Positions 11,617 through 20,506 of a stretch of DNA of 50,723 nucleotides are shown piece by piece. Position numbers and translations under genes: made by a program. The stretch lies in NCBI GenBank assembly GCA_046498225.1, contig JAWOBF010000091.1:1-50723 (forward strand). The letters run 5' to 3'. The DNA comes from Candidatus Aegiribacteria sp. Lineage in GTDB: Bacteria; Fermentibacterota; Fermentibacteria; Fermentibacterales; JCC-6. The notes beneath the pieces were generated by a model, which was given only the letters and a program-made list of their open reading frames with translations, did no database searches and was not told the DNA's origin. How positions within the stretch are numbered: position 1 is the stretch's first letter; every line of letters begins with the position of its first letter.

Positions 11617-12494
11617 ACGACAGGAGAGGTGACCAGGGAACCAGGGCCTACGAATCGGAGAGGTCGGGAGCCATCGAGCTGTTCAGGCTCCTTTTCAGTT
11701 CCAGGCGGCTGGAGACATACATCAATCTGAGCGACAAGCCGGTCTCCGTAGGGTCCATGGTGGTGGTATCGGTGGACCGCGGTGAAGACCTGGGCACCGT
11801 AGTGGCCAAGTACAGCCCCAGGGACCCGGTGGCCTCCATAGACGGTCATTTTGTCAGGAACGCCACTCCCGAGGACATGCAGAAGTATCGGGGAAACAGG
11901 GATTTTGAAGAAAAGGTCCTCAAATACTGCAGGCAGAGGATCACCACCAGGGGAATGAAGATGAAGCTGACCGGCTGCGAGGCTCAGCTGGACAGAAGGA
12001 AGATAAGGATCTATTTCACGGCGGAACAGCGCACGGATTTCAGGGGTCTGGTGAGGGACCTGGCAAGCAAGTTCCGCGCCAGAATAGAGATGCGCCAGAT
12101 AGGAGTGCGGGATGACGCCAGGCAGAGGGACGGCATGGGAATATGCGGAAGAAGGCTCTGCTGCGCCGCCTACCTCTCTCATTTTCGCTCCATTACCCTG
12201 AAGGCCGCGAGGGAACAGGACCTTGCGCCGAATCCTTCCAAGGTCTCCGGGGTATGCGGAAGGCTCATGTGCTGTCTGAAATATGAGACGGATTTCTACA
12301 GGAAGGCCGCCAAGCTCTACCCCCAGCTGGGTTCCCGGGCCATGATAGGCAAAAGGGAGGCAAGGGTCAGTGCCGTGGACATATTCAGTGAGACCGTCAC
12401 CCTTCAGATGGACGACGGTGAGGAGAAGGTCATGGAGATAGAGAAGTTCCATAGAAAGCGGAAATCTCCGGGCAGGTCAGGAAACAGCAAGTGA
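11613..12494 (+). CDS. PSP1-domain protein (YaaT/RicT family)
   Basis: FTAEQRTDFRGLVRDLA, RIEMRQIGVRD, GICGRRLCC, SGVCGRLMCCLKYE; holB-PSP1-metG order; TTG start overlaps the holB stop. Confidence 0.93.
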   Translation: MNDRRGDQGTRAYESERSGAIELFRLLFSSRRLETYINLSDKPVSVGSMVVVSVDRGEDLGTVVAKYSPRDPVASIDGHFVRNATPEDMQKYRGNRDFEEKVLKYCRQRITTRGMKMKLTGCEAQLDRRKIRIYFTAEQRTDFRGLVRDLASKFRARIEMRQIGVRDDARQRDGMGICGRRLCCAAYLSHFRSITLKAAREQDLAPNPSKVSGVCGRLMCCLKYETDFYRKAAKLYPQLGSRAMIGKREARVSAVDIFSETVTLQMDDGEEKVMEIEKFHRKRKSPGRSGNSK

Positions 12495-12539
12495 GGGACC
12501 GCGGGATTGACCGCGGGCCCACCGGGATTTGGAGAGAAC

Positions 12540-14549
12540 ATGTCAAGATATCTGGTAACTAGCGCTCTGCCATACGCCAACGGCCCCTCGCACCTGGGGC
12601 ATCTGGCCGGAGCATACCTTCCGGCGGATATTTATGTCAGGTTCCTCAGGATGCTGGGTGAGGATGTGATATACATCTGCGGGACGGATGAACACGGTGT
12701 TCCAATTACCATCAGGGCCGAGCAGCTGGGAATAACTCCCAGGGAAGCCGTCGACAAATATCATGAGATAATCAGCAGGGATTTTCAGCGTTTCGGGATA
12801 TCCTTCGACAATTTCTCCAGGACGGAGACGAAGGAGCATTACGAATTCGCCCGACAGGTCTTTCTGGAACTGCTGGAAAAGGGTCATATAGTGGAGAAAT
12901 CAATGAAGCAGTTCCACTGCGACCGGTGCCATAGGTTCCTGCCCGACCGGTACGTCGGGGGTACGTGCCCCAAGTGCGGTTCCGCTGATGCCAGAGGCGA
13001 CCAGTGCGACGCCTGCGGCAGCTGGCTGGACGCCCTGGAACTGGTGGACCCGGTCTGCTCCATCTGCGGTTCCACTCCCCTGGTCCGCGACACCACTCAC
13101 TGGTTCCTTCGCCTGGACGAGTTCCAGGACTGGCTGGTGGAGTGGCTGGCCGGCCACGATGACTGGAAGGGCAACGTGCTGAACTACTGCCGGGGATGGA
13201 TGGACGAGGGCCTTCGGGAGAGGGCCATCACCAGGGACCTCGACTGGGGGGTTCCGGTGCCTGTGGAGGGTGCCGAGGGAAAGGTCCTCTACGTCTGGTT
13301 CGAAGCGCTTCTGGGGTATGTGAGCAGCACCAGGGAATATTTCGCCGGCAGGGGCGACCCGGACGGGTGGAAGAAGTACTGGCTGGACCCGGAGACCAGG
13401 CTGGTTCAGTTCATCGGCAAGGATAACATAGTCTTTCACGCTGTGATACAGCCGGCTGTGCTTCACGGACTGGGGGGCTACGTTCTGCCCTGGAACATTC
13501 CGGCCAACGAGTACCTGAACATAAAGGGAGAGAAGTTCTCAACCAGCAAGGGGACCGCCATCTGGCTGAAGGACTATCTGGCCCACTTCCCGCCGGATCC
13601 CATGCGCTACGCCCTGGCCATAAACGCGCCGGAGAACAGGGACACCGATTTCTCCTGGGACGAGTTCAGGGTCAGGAACAACGAACTGGCCGACGTTTTC
13701 GGCAACTTCATCAACAGAACCATGAAATTCGCCCACCGGACCTTCGATGGCAGAGTACCGGAACCCGGGGAACCCGGTGAGGCCGAAGAACGTCTGATGC
13801 GGTCGGCCGCGGCCGCCAGGGACGAAATGGAGGAGCTGATGAGGGGGTTCAGCCTGAAGGCGGCCTGCCACAGGGTGATGGAACTGGCCAGGGAGGGTAA
13901 CAGATACTTCGACCAGAGTCAGCCGTGGAAGACCTCCAGAACGGACAAGAGGGAATGCGCCACCTGTATCTACTACAGCCTGCAGTTCGCAGACGCTCTC
14001 AGGATACTGTTCAATCCCTTCGTTCCCTTCACCGCGGAGAAGACCGGCGGGATGCTGGGACGGGACTCACTGCTGTGGAAGGAAGCGGGGGAGGAGAACC
14101 TGAAACCCGGCCATCGGCTGGGAAAACCGGAGATACTCCTGGAAAAGCTGGAAGAAGGTTTCGAGAAGGTCATCCGGTCCGAAAACGGGCAGGAGGATGA
14201 AGCGGAGCTTCCGGAGGTGAAGGAGACCGTATCATTCGATGAGTTCATGAAGATGGACCTGAGGGTCGGCCTTGTGCGCGAAGTGCACGATATCAAGGGA
14301 GCGGACAAGCTATACAGGCTGCTGGTGGACATGGGGGACCACACCCGGCAGCTGGTGGCTGGACTGAAGCCCTACTATTCCGCCGATGAGATGAAAGGCC
14401 GCAAGGTGGTGGTCATGGTAAATCTTCAGCCGGTGAAGCTTATGGGCGTGGAGAGCAACGGGATGGTTCTGGCATCCGATGACGGGAAAGGCGGAGTGCA
14501 CCTTCTCAGTCCCGCCGACGAGGCCGGCCCCGGAGACGGGATACACTGA
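12540..14549 (+). CDS. metG: Methionine--tRNA ligase with C-terminal tRNA-binding domain
   Basis: ALPYANG, HLGH, GTDEHG, zinc knuckles, KFSTS, C-terminal Trbp111-like domain; ATG 12540 after GGAGAG. Confidence 0.98.
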   Translation: MSRYLVTSALPYANGPSHLGHLAGAYLPADIYVRFLRMLGEDVIYICGTDEHGVPITIRAEQLGITPREAVDKYHEIISRDFQRFGISFDNFSRTETKEHYEFARQVFLELLEKGHIVEKSMKQFHCDRCHRFLPDRYVGGTCPKCGSADARGDQCDACGSWLDALELVDPVCSICGSTPLVRDTTHWFLRLDEFQDWLVEWLAGHDDWKGNVLNYCRGWMDEGLRERAITRDLDWGVPVPVEGAEGKVLYVWFEALLGYVSSTREYFAGRGDPDGWKKYWLDPETRLVQFIGKDNIVFHAVIQPAVLHGLGGYVLPWNIPANEYLNIKGEKFSTSKGTAIWLKDYLAHFPPDPMRYALAINAPENRDTDFSWDEFRVRNNELADVFGNFINRTMKFAHRTFDGRVPEPGEPGEAEERLMRSAAAARDEMEELMRGFSLKAACHRVMELAREGNRYFDQSQPWKTSRTDKRECATCIYYSLQFADALRILFNPFVPFTAEKTGGMLGRDSLLWKEAGEENLKPGHRLGKPEILLEKLEEGFEKVIRSENGQEDEAELPEVKETVSFDEFMKMDLRVGLVREVHDIKGADKLYRLLVDMGDHTRQLVAGLKPYYSADEMKGRKVVVMVNLQPVKLMGVESNGMVLASDDGKGGVHLLSPADEAGPGDGIH

Positions 14550-14569
14550 ACCGCCCTGCGAAGGGGCCC

Positions 14570-15775
14570 ATGCGGATACTTGACGTCAACAGTTCCTACT
14601 CCCCCACAGGCGGGGGCGTCAGAACCTACCACAGGAAGAAGCAGGAATTCTTCTCCCTGTCCACGGACCATGTCTGCGCCCTGGCCGTTCCGGGCAGGGA
14701 GGACGGCCTGCAGGTCGAGGGAGGGCGGAGGACCTACCGCCTCAGGTCCGTGCCGCTTTTCGATTCCGGATATCGGATGATCGTAGAGAGCGGCGGCCTG
14801 AACCATGTCATGCTGGACTTCCGTCCGGACATAGTCGAGGTGGGAAGCCCCTACCTTCTTCCCTCCCTCATAAGAAGCGCGCTGGGGAATTCTCCGGTTC
14901 CCACCGTCGGCTTCTACCATACCGATTTTCCCGACTGCTATGTGGCGCCATACGTGGATAGAAACCTTCCCCGGCCCCTGGCGGAGGGCCTGCTCGGGCT
15001 TGCCAGGCGTCACGCCGGCCGGACCTACCGGAGCATGACGGCGGTCTTCGCCGCCTCCAGGTGCATGCTGAGAAAGCTGAGGGACCTGGGAGTGAGAAGG
15101 CTATTCCATACTCCGCTGGGGGTCGATACGGACAGGTTCTCACCGGAAGCTTTTTCTGAGGGTTTCAGAAAGTCCGCGGGCGTTCCCCACGGCGGCGTCC
15201 TGGTCCTGTACATGGCCCGGCTCCACTGGGAGAAGGGACTGGACAGGCTGATGGAAGCCTACCCCCTCTTCAGGGACCCTGGGAGGATAAAGCTGGTGAT
15301 AGGGGGCCGGGGCCCTCACGACCACCTTGTGGATGAATTCATGCTGAAGTATCCGGAAGTGGTCAGGCTTCCCTACCTGAGCGGCAGGGACCTGGTGGCC
15401 GAAGCCATGGCTTCGGCCGATGTCTATCTGGCGCTGGGCAGCTACGAGACCTTCGGCCTTGCAGGACTGGAGGCAATAGCCTCCGGTACGCTGCCGGTAT
15501 TCCCGGACAGGGGCGCCTCGGCTGAGATGGCCTCTTCGCTGGGTCTTATGGAGCCCTACAGGTCAGAAAGCGCTGAAAGCCTCGCGGCAGCGGTGGAAGA
15601 GGCCGTCAGGACGGCGGGCATTACAACCGCGGACAGACTCAGACGGTACGCTCTTTCCGGTCACAGTTGGAAGGACGCGTTCATGAGAATGGAAGGATAT
15701 TACAGTACGATACTGACTGCGTACGCGGAGAACGACCTGGAAAGGCTGGACCCTCCGGGGGAATGGTGGGATTAG
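14570..15775 (+). CDS. Glycosyltransferase family 4
   Basis: GGVRTY N-terminus, ARLHWEKG, ETFGLAGLEAIASG (ExFG...EA). Confidence 0.9.
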   Translation: MRILDVNSSYSPTGGGVRTYHRKKQEFFSLSTDHVCALAVPGREDGLQVEGGRRTYRLRSVPLFDSGYRMIVESGGLNHVMLDFRPDIVEVGSPYLLPSLIRSALGNSPVPTVGFYHTDFPDCYVAPYVDRNLPRPLAEGLLGLARRHAGRTYRSMTAVFAASRCMLRKLRDLGVRRLFHTPLGVDTDRFSPEAFSEGFRKSAGVPHGGVLVLYMARLHWEKGLDRLMEAYPLFRDPGRIKLVIGGRGPHDHLVDEFMLKYPEVVRLPYLSGRDLVAEAMASADVYLALGSYETFGLAGLEAIASGTLPVFPDRGASAEMASSLGLMEPYRSESAESLAAAVEEAVRTAGITTADRLRRYALSGHSWKDAFMRMEGYYSTILTAYAENDLERLDPPGEWWD

Positions 15776-15776
15776 C

Positions 15777-16514
15777 TTGAAGAGAATACACTTGGCGGTC
15801 CATGACGTATCTCCCGTTCACTGGAAGGTCCTGGGCCGGATGGTGTCCACCCTGAAGGACCTGGGGGTCCATCGCTACAGCATGCTGGTGGTCCCGGACT
15901 ACCACGGCGAATGGCCTCTGGACGCTCACGCGGATTTCTGTTCATGGCTGAGGGAGCTGGCCGGAGAAGGGGTGGAGATGGTGCTTCACGGCTTCCGTCA
16001 TCAGCGGCCGGATGCCCCGAATGGACCCGCCGACCGGGCCAGGGCGGCCATCTTCACCAGGGGTGAGGGAGAGTTCCTCGGGCTCAGCCGGGCCCGGGCT
16101 GAGAAGCTCATACTGGAGGGACGGAGCAAGCTGAAGGTAGCCCTGGGAATGGAAACGGAATGTTTCGCAGCCCCCGCCTGGCTGTACAGCGGAGGGACCA
16201 TGAAAGCCCTGACAGACTTGGGTTTCACCGCCGCGGAGAGCAGATGGCGCATCTGGAACCCCACCACGGGAAAGACGCTGCTGCGGGTGCCGGTGGCCAA
16301 CTACGCCGGGGGAGGTCCGCTCAGAAGAGTTCCCGCCGCGTCCTGGGTCGGCCTCTACAGCGGGCTGTTCCGGGGCGCGGGTACGATCAGGTTCGCCATC
16401 CATCCGCATGATTTTTCCAGCGCCGCCCTGAGTGACAGGGCCGCTGCGCGTACCGGCAGGCTGCTTGCGGGACGGCAACCTGTAACCCTGGTTGACCTGG
16501 CAGCCGCGCCATAA
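15777..16514 (+). CDS. Polysaccharide-deacetylase-like protein (DUF2334 type)
   Basis: HDVSP, LHGFRH, GEGEF, APAW, RFAIHP motifs; adjacent to GT4. Confidence 0.8.
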   Translation: MKRIHLAVHDVSPVHWKVLGRMVSTLKDLGVHRYSMLVVPDYHGEWPLDAHADFCSWLRELAGEGVEMVLHGFRHQRPDAPNGPADRARAAIFTRGEGEFLGLSRARAEKLILEGRSKLKVALGMETECFAAPAWLYSGGTMKALTDLGFTAAESRWRIWNPTTGKTLLRVPVANYAGGGPLRRVPAASWVGLYSGLFRGAGTIRFAIHPHDFSSAALSDRAAARTGRLLAGRQPVTLVDLAAAP

Positions 16515-16569
16515 TGCCGCGCCGGTCTTCCACCACCGCCCGGTTATCCCAGATACGCGGATGAACACC

Positions 16570-16585
16570 GGGAATCATTCTTGCT
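16570..16585 (+). promoter_or_regulatory. Possible sigma54 promoter for the protease pair
   Basis: GGGAAT-CATTC-TTGCT; GG-N10-GC spacing is exact but the -24 box deviates from TGGCAC. Confidence 0.35.
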
Positions 16586-16652
16586 TATATTTGTCTGGAA
16601 CAACACAGCATTGAAACAATAGATGAAGACGGTCTTTACTTGAGAAGGATGA

Positions 16653-17345
16653 ATGATGTACCTAGGTTTTGTTGACATGAACGCGGGTTTCCTGATAATC
16701 ATCGCGGCGATGATACTGGGTCTTTTCGCCAGGTCAATGGTGACCGGCACCTACCAGCGGTTCAGCAAGGTCGCCACCGGCAAGGGAATGACCGGTGCGC
16801 GCACAGCCCGGGAGATACTGGACAGCTACGGACTGTCCAACATTGATATTCAGCAGACGGGAGGACAGCTCACCGATCATTACGACCCCAGGAACGGTGT
16901 GCTCAAACTGTCTTCCGGTGTCTACCACGGCAGTTCCATCGCCGCAGTGGGGGTTGCCGCCCACGAGGCGGGCCACGCGGTCCAGGACGCTATGGGATAC
17001 AGCCCCTTTCAGCTGAGGCAGAAGCTGGTCCCGGTAGCCAGCCTGGGTTCACAGATGCTCTTCCCGCTGATCATAGGAGGCCTGTTCTTCAGAATGACCG
17101 AACTCTATTACATCGGCGCCGCCCTGTACGGAGCAGCCCTTCTGTTCCAGCTGGTGACCCTGCCGGTGGAATTCGACGCCAGCAGGCGGGCGGTGGTCTA
17201 CCTCAGGCAGAGCGGAAGCATGAGCACCGGAGAACTCAGCGGAGTGAAGAAGGTCCTCAGAGCCGCCTCTCTCACCTACGTGGCCGCGGCTCTGGCCTCC
17301 CTGGGCCAGATGATATGGCTCCTCCTGGCCGGCAGGAGAAGGTAA
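16653..17345 (+). CDS. Membrane zinc metallopeptidase (YugP-like)
   Basis: LTDHYDP, AAHEAGHAVQ (HExxH), TLPVEFDASRRA, AASLTYVA. Confidence 0.92.
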   Translation: MMYLGFVDMNAGFLIIIAAMILGLFARSMVTGTYQRFSKVATGKGMTGARTAREILDSYGLSNIDIQQTGGQLTDHYDPRNGVLKLSSGVYHGSSIAAVGVAAHEAGHAVQDAMGYSPFQLRQKLVPVASLGSQMLFPLIIGGLFFRMTELYYIGAALYGAALLFQLVTLPVEFDASRRAVVYLRQSGSMSTGELSGVKKVLRAASLTYVAAALASLGQMIWLLLAGRRR

Positions 17346-17977
17346 TGGGTGTAGAGACCCCTTTCATAATCGTACTGGTCTTCTTCAGCGTGGTCTGTCA
17401 CGAAATAGCCCATGGTTACGTTGCCCTGCGGCTGGGAGACCCCACAGCCTACAGGGCGGGCAGGCTTACCTTCAACCCGGTCTCCCACATAGATCCCATC
17501 GGCACCATCCTGCTTCCAGCGCTGTTCCTGATTACCAACAGCCCCATCATGCTGGCCTGGGCCAAGCCGGTGCCTGTGAATCCCGCCTTCTTCAGGCAGC
17601 CCAGGACCGGAATGATGTGGGTGGCCGCCTCCGGACCGGCGACCAATTTCGCCATCGCCCTGGTTCTTACAGGTGTCCTTCACCTGGCCGGTGGCTCCAT
17701 GCCGGCGGTGCTGATGCACAGCCTGGCCATGGCCGCGCTGATGAACATCGTGCTGATGGTGTTCAACCTGCTGCCGATACCGCCGCTGGACGGCAGCAGG
17801 ATAGTGGCCAGATTCCTGTCGAGGCAGGCCCTGGCCAGCTACATGCAGCTGGAGAGGTTCGGGCTGCTCATAGTCTTCGGACTTCTGTGGCTGGGCGTAC
17901 TGGGAAATATCCTGCTGCCCGCCCTTAACTTCGCCATTCGCCACCTGGACCTCTACCCCTACCTTCCCCGCCTCTAG
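17345..17977 (+). CDS. Site-2 protease family (M50) membrane metalloprotease
   Basis: HEIAHG, GRLTFNP, AASGPATN, FNLLPIPPLDGS; ATG 17345 overlaps the upstream TAA. Confidence 0.93.
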   Translation: MGVETPFIIVLVFFSVVCHEIAHGYVALRLGDPTAYRAGRLTFNPVSHIDPIGTILLPALFLITNSPIMLAWAKPVPVNPAFFRQPRTGMMWVAASGPATNFAIALVLTGVLHLAGGSMPAVLMHSLAMAALMNIVLMVFNLLPIPPLDGSRIVARFLSRQALASYMQLERFGLLIVFGLLWLGVLGNILLPALNFAIRHLDLYPYLPRL

Positions 17978-17981
17978 CTTC

Positions 17982-18008
17982 TAGGGTCAGGTCTTGCATT
18001 TTAGCATT
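17982..18008 (+). repeat. Left inverted repeat
   Basis: TAGGGTCAGGTCTTGCATTTTAGCATT is the exact reverse complement of 18992-19018. Confidence 0.95.
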
Positions 18009-18068
18009 ATAGCCACAATATAGGCTTATAATATAATTAAAATGTTTGTATGACAGATCATATCGTTC

Positions 18069-18096
18069 TTGCAGTTCTGCGTTTGTTTTGTATGAT
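18069..18096 (+). promoter_or_regulatory. Sigma70-type promoter of the transposase (leaderless)
   Basis: TTGCAG, 16-nt spacer, TATGAT; ATG follows 6 nt later with no SD. Confidence 0.55.
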
Positions 18097-18102
18097 ACAG
18101 AT

Positions 18103-18960
18103 ATGACGCGTCCAATGAGAATCAAAATTCCCGGGGGACTATACCATATCTATTCCAGAGGAATAGATAGAATGAGTATCTTTGCGGATTCTGTAGACAG
18201 AGAAAAATTTCAGACCATCCTTTCGGATACAGTTCGGGAAGCTAATTGGAAATGCTTCGCTTACTGCCTGATGGGAAATCATTACCATATTCTGATTGAA
18301 ACCACTGACGGGGATACTTCCGTCGGGATGAAGAGATTGAATGGTCTGTACGCTCAGTATTTCAACTGGAAGCATGAGCGTATTGGTCCACTTTTTCAGG
18401 GCAGGTATAAGGCAATTCTAGTTGACCGGGAGAATTACTTCCTTGAACTGTGCAGATATATTGTGCTGAATCCGGTAAGAGCAGGGCTATCAGACCTGCC
18501 GGAAAACTACAGGTGGAGCAGTTACAGGATAACCGCCGGACTTGATGAAGAGAATGGCTGCATTGACAGAAAGACAGTCTTGCAATGGTTCAACGGTGTT
18601 GATGACAAGATTGATTCTATGGCTCGAAGGTACATAGGTTTTGTTGAAGATGGCATGAAGATGGATCCTGCTCATTTTGATGTGAGGGCGGATTTGATCC
18701 TTGGTGACAAGGATTTCGTGAATAACCTCAAAGAGCGGGTTGAGAAGAAGATGAACGATACTAATATTCCAAAGTACCAGAGAACAGCCTGCCGGCCGGA
18801 TCTTGAGGAACTGCTGGATCCTTTGACTGCCTCAATGAAGAACACTCGGGACGAAGCTGTCAGAACAGCTTACTCCGTGCATGGATACAGCCAAACTGAC
18901 ATCGCCAGACATTTGGGAATTCATAATTCTACGGTACACAGGATCATCAATAAACAATAA
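18103..18960 (+). CDS. REP-associated tyrosine transposase-like protein (Y1 HUH, IS200-like fold) with C-terminal HTH
   Basis: YHIYSRG, CLMGNHYHIL (HUH), FQGRYKAILVD, YIVLNPVRAGL, YRWSSY; C-terminal YSQTDIARHLGIHNSTVHRII helix-turn-helix. Confidence 0.93.
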   Translation: MTRPMRIKIPGGLYHIYSRGIDRMSIFADSVDREKFQTILSDTVREANWKCFAYCLMGNHYHILIETTDGDTSVGMKRLNGLYAQYFNWKHERIGPLFQGRYKAILVDRENYFLELCRYIVLNPVRAGLSDLPENYRWSSYRITAGLDEENGCIDRKTVLQWFNGVDDKIDSMARRYIGFVEDGMKMDPAHFDVRADLILGDKDFVNNLKERVEKKMNDTNIPKYQRTACRPDLEELLDPLTASMKNTRDEAVRTAYSVHGYSQTDIARHLGIHNSTVHRIINKQ

Positions 18961-18991
18961 TAATTGTTAATAGTAATAATAAATTGATAGG

Positions 18992-19018
18992 AATGCTAAA
19001 ATGCAAGACCTGACCCTA
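18992..19018 (-). repeat. Right inverted repeat
   Basis: AATGCTAAAATGCAAGACCTGACCCTA, the reverse complement of 17982-18008. Confidence 0.95.
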
Positions 19019-20494
19019 ATTGTGGTTGTGTTGATGGGGGGGGTGTACGACGAGACACCCATGACTGTGAATCCGGATCCCGCCTACCACATGGGAACCT
19101 ACAGCGAGTGGATGGAGGGGCAGCCCGAATACCTGCCCCTTGTGGTCAGCGGCATCTCCGGGACCGACGGAGCGGAGTTCCTTCTCGTCTTCGAGGAAGG
19201 CCTCACCGACAGCCTGTCACCGGGCCTGCTGGACCAGTGGACAACGGACATTCAGTCGCAGGGTTTGTCCACCGAGGTGGTGGAAGTGACCTACAGCCAG
19301 CCCGAGGACCTCAAGGCCTACCTGCAGGAGAAGTATTCCCAGGGTCTTCAGGGAGCCGTCCTGGTCGGGAACCTTCCCGTGGCCTGGTGCGCCCTGGAGG
19401 ACGAGTTCAGGCAGGGCGGGGAGACTTTTCCAGCCGACTATTTCTACATGGACCTGGACGGCAACTGGGAGGACAACTGGATAGGTTATCCCTTCATGGG
19501 GAATCCCGGAAGCGACGGGCTGTACGATACCTTCTCCGGAAGCCTGGACCCCGAGATATACATTGGCAGGATAAAGGTGGACAACCTGGGGGACCTGGGC
19601 GATCCGGTGGAAATCCTCTGCGCCTACATTGAGCGCAACCACCAGTGGCGTATTAACGGTGACACCGAGCCGCTGACGGCTCTGTGCTACGTAGACGATG
19701 ACTGGGCCTACTGGGCGTCCGGGTACCAGGCTTCCATGCAGCACCTATATCCGAACACCGAGGTTGTCTCGGACGAGGATTCCACCAACGGCGCGGATTA
19801 CCTGCAGAACCGGCTTCCGGCAGAGTACGTGTGGATAAGCCCCTACGTTCACTCCAATCCCGGAGGCCACTACTGGGAACCGGGCCCGACCACATACTGG
19901 AGCGACATCGTGCCCGCGCTTCCCCATGCCCGTTTCTACAACCTCTTCGCGTGCTCCAACTGCCGTTTCACAACCGTCCACAGCATGGGTTCGGTCTACT
20001 CCCTCTGTACCTCCACAGGTCTTGCGGCGGTGGGAAGCACCAAGGCCGGCGCCATGCTTCAGTTCACCCCGTTCTACAGCCCCCTGGGCGGCGGCTCCTC
20101 TCTTGGAGAGGCCTATCGGGACTGGTGGGATTACATAGCCGGGGGCGGACTGACCCCCAGCGAGAGGTCCTGGCACCTGGGAATGGTTCTTCTTGGGGAC
20201 CCGACCCTGATACCGGCCATGCACATGCTGGGAATCGAGGCTGACGGATCTAATGGGGATGCGCCTGTATTGCGGCTGGGGGAAAACCCCTGCGCCGGCG
20301 CTCTCTCCCTGTCCTTCAGCGGGCAGTCGGGGACCGTTGAAGTCTACGATGTCAGCGGCAGACTGGCCGCGGCCGGGCTGCTGGAGGACTCGTGGACCAC
20401 GGTCCAGCTGGAAGGCCTGAGCCCGGGATGCTACATAGTCAGGGCCGTCTCGAGTGAAGGCTCCGCTTCAGCAGTGTTCACCCTGCTGGAATAG
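19001..20494 (+). CDS. Gingipain-like (C25/clan CD) cysteine peptidase with T9SS-type C-terminal domain
   Basis: ADYFYMDLDG, PEIYIGRI, candidate dyad YVHS...FACS, LLGDPTL; C-terminal NP...VEVYDVSGR...LSPGCYIVR resembles a Por secretion tail. Start uncertain because it lies in the right IR. Confidence 0.8.
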   Translation: MQDLTLIVVVLMGGVYDETPMTVNPDPAYHMGTYSEWMEGQPEYLPLVVSGISGTDGAEFLLVFEEGLTDSLSPGLLDQWTTDIQSQGLSTEVVEVTYSQPEDLKAYLQEKYSQGLQGAVLVGNLPVAWCALEDEFRQGGETFPADYFYMDLDGNWEDNWIGYPFMGNPGSDGLYDTFSGSLDPEIYIGRIKVDNLGDLGDPVEILCAYIERNHQWRINGDTEPLTALCYVDDDWAYWASGYQASMQHLYPNTEVVSDEDSTNGADYLQNRLPAEYVWISPYVHSNPGGHYWEPGPTTYWSDIVPALPHARFYNLFACSNCRFTTVHSMGSVYSLCTSTGLAAVGSTKAGAMLQFTPFYSPLGGGSSLGEAYRDWWDYIAGGGLTPSERSWHLGMVLLGDPTLIPAMHMLGIEADGSNGDAPVLRLGENPCAGALSLSFSGQSGTVEVYDVSGRLAAAGLLEDSWTTVQLEGLSPGCYIVRAVSSEGSASAVFTLLE

Positions 20495-20506
20495 GCAGGG
20501 TTCCGC

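Larger units (their letters stand above)
17982..19018. mobile_element. AT-rich RAYT/Y1-HUH transposase element bounded by inverted repeats
   Basis: Perfect 27-bp inverted repeats at both ends, visibly lower GC than the flanks, single transposase gene inside. Confidence 0.85.

Noticed and set aside
17925..18125. 66-aa minus-strand ORF containing MQDLTL
   Set aside because: Mirror product of the left IR; it overlaps S2P and the transposase start.
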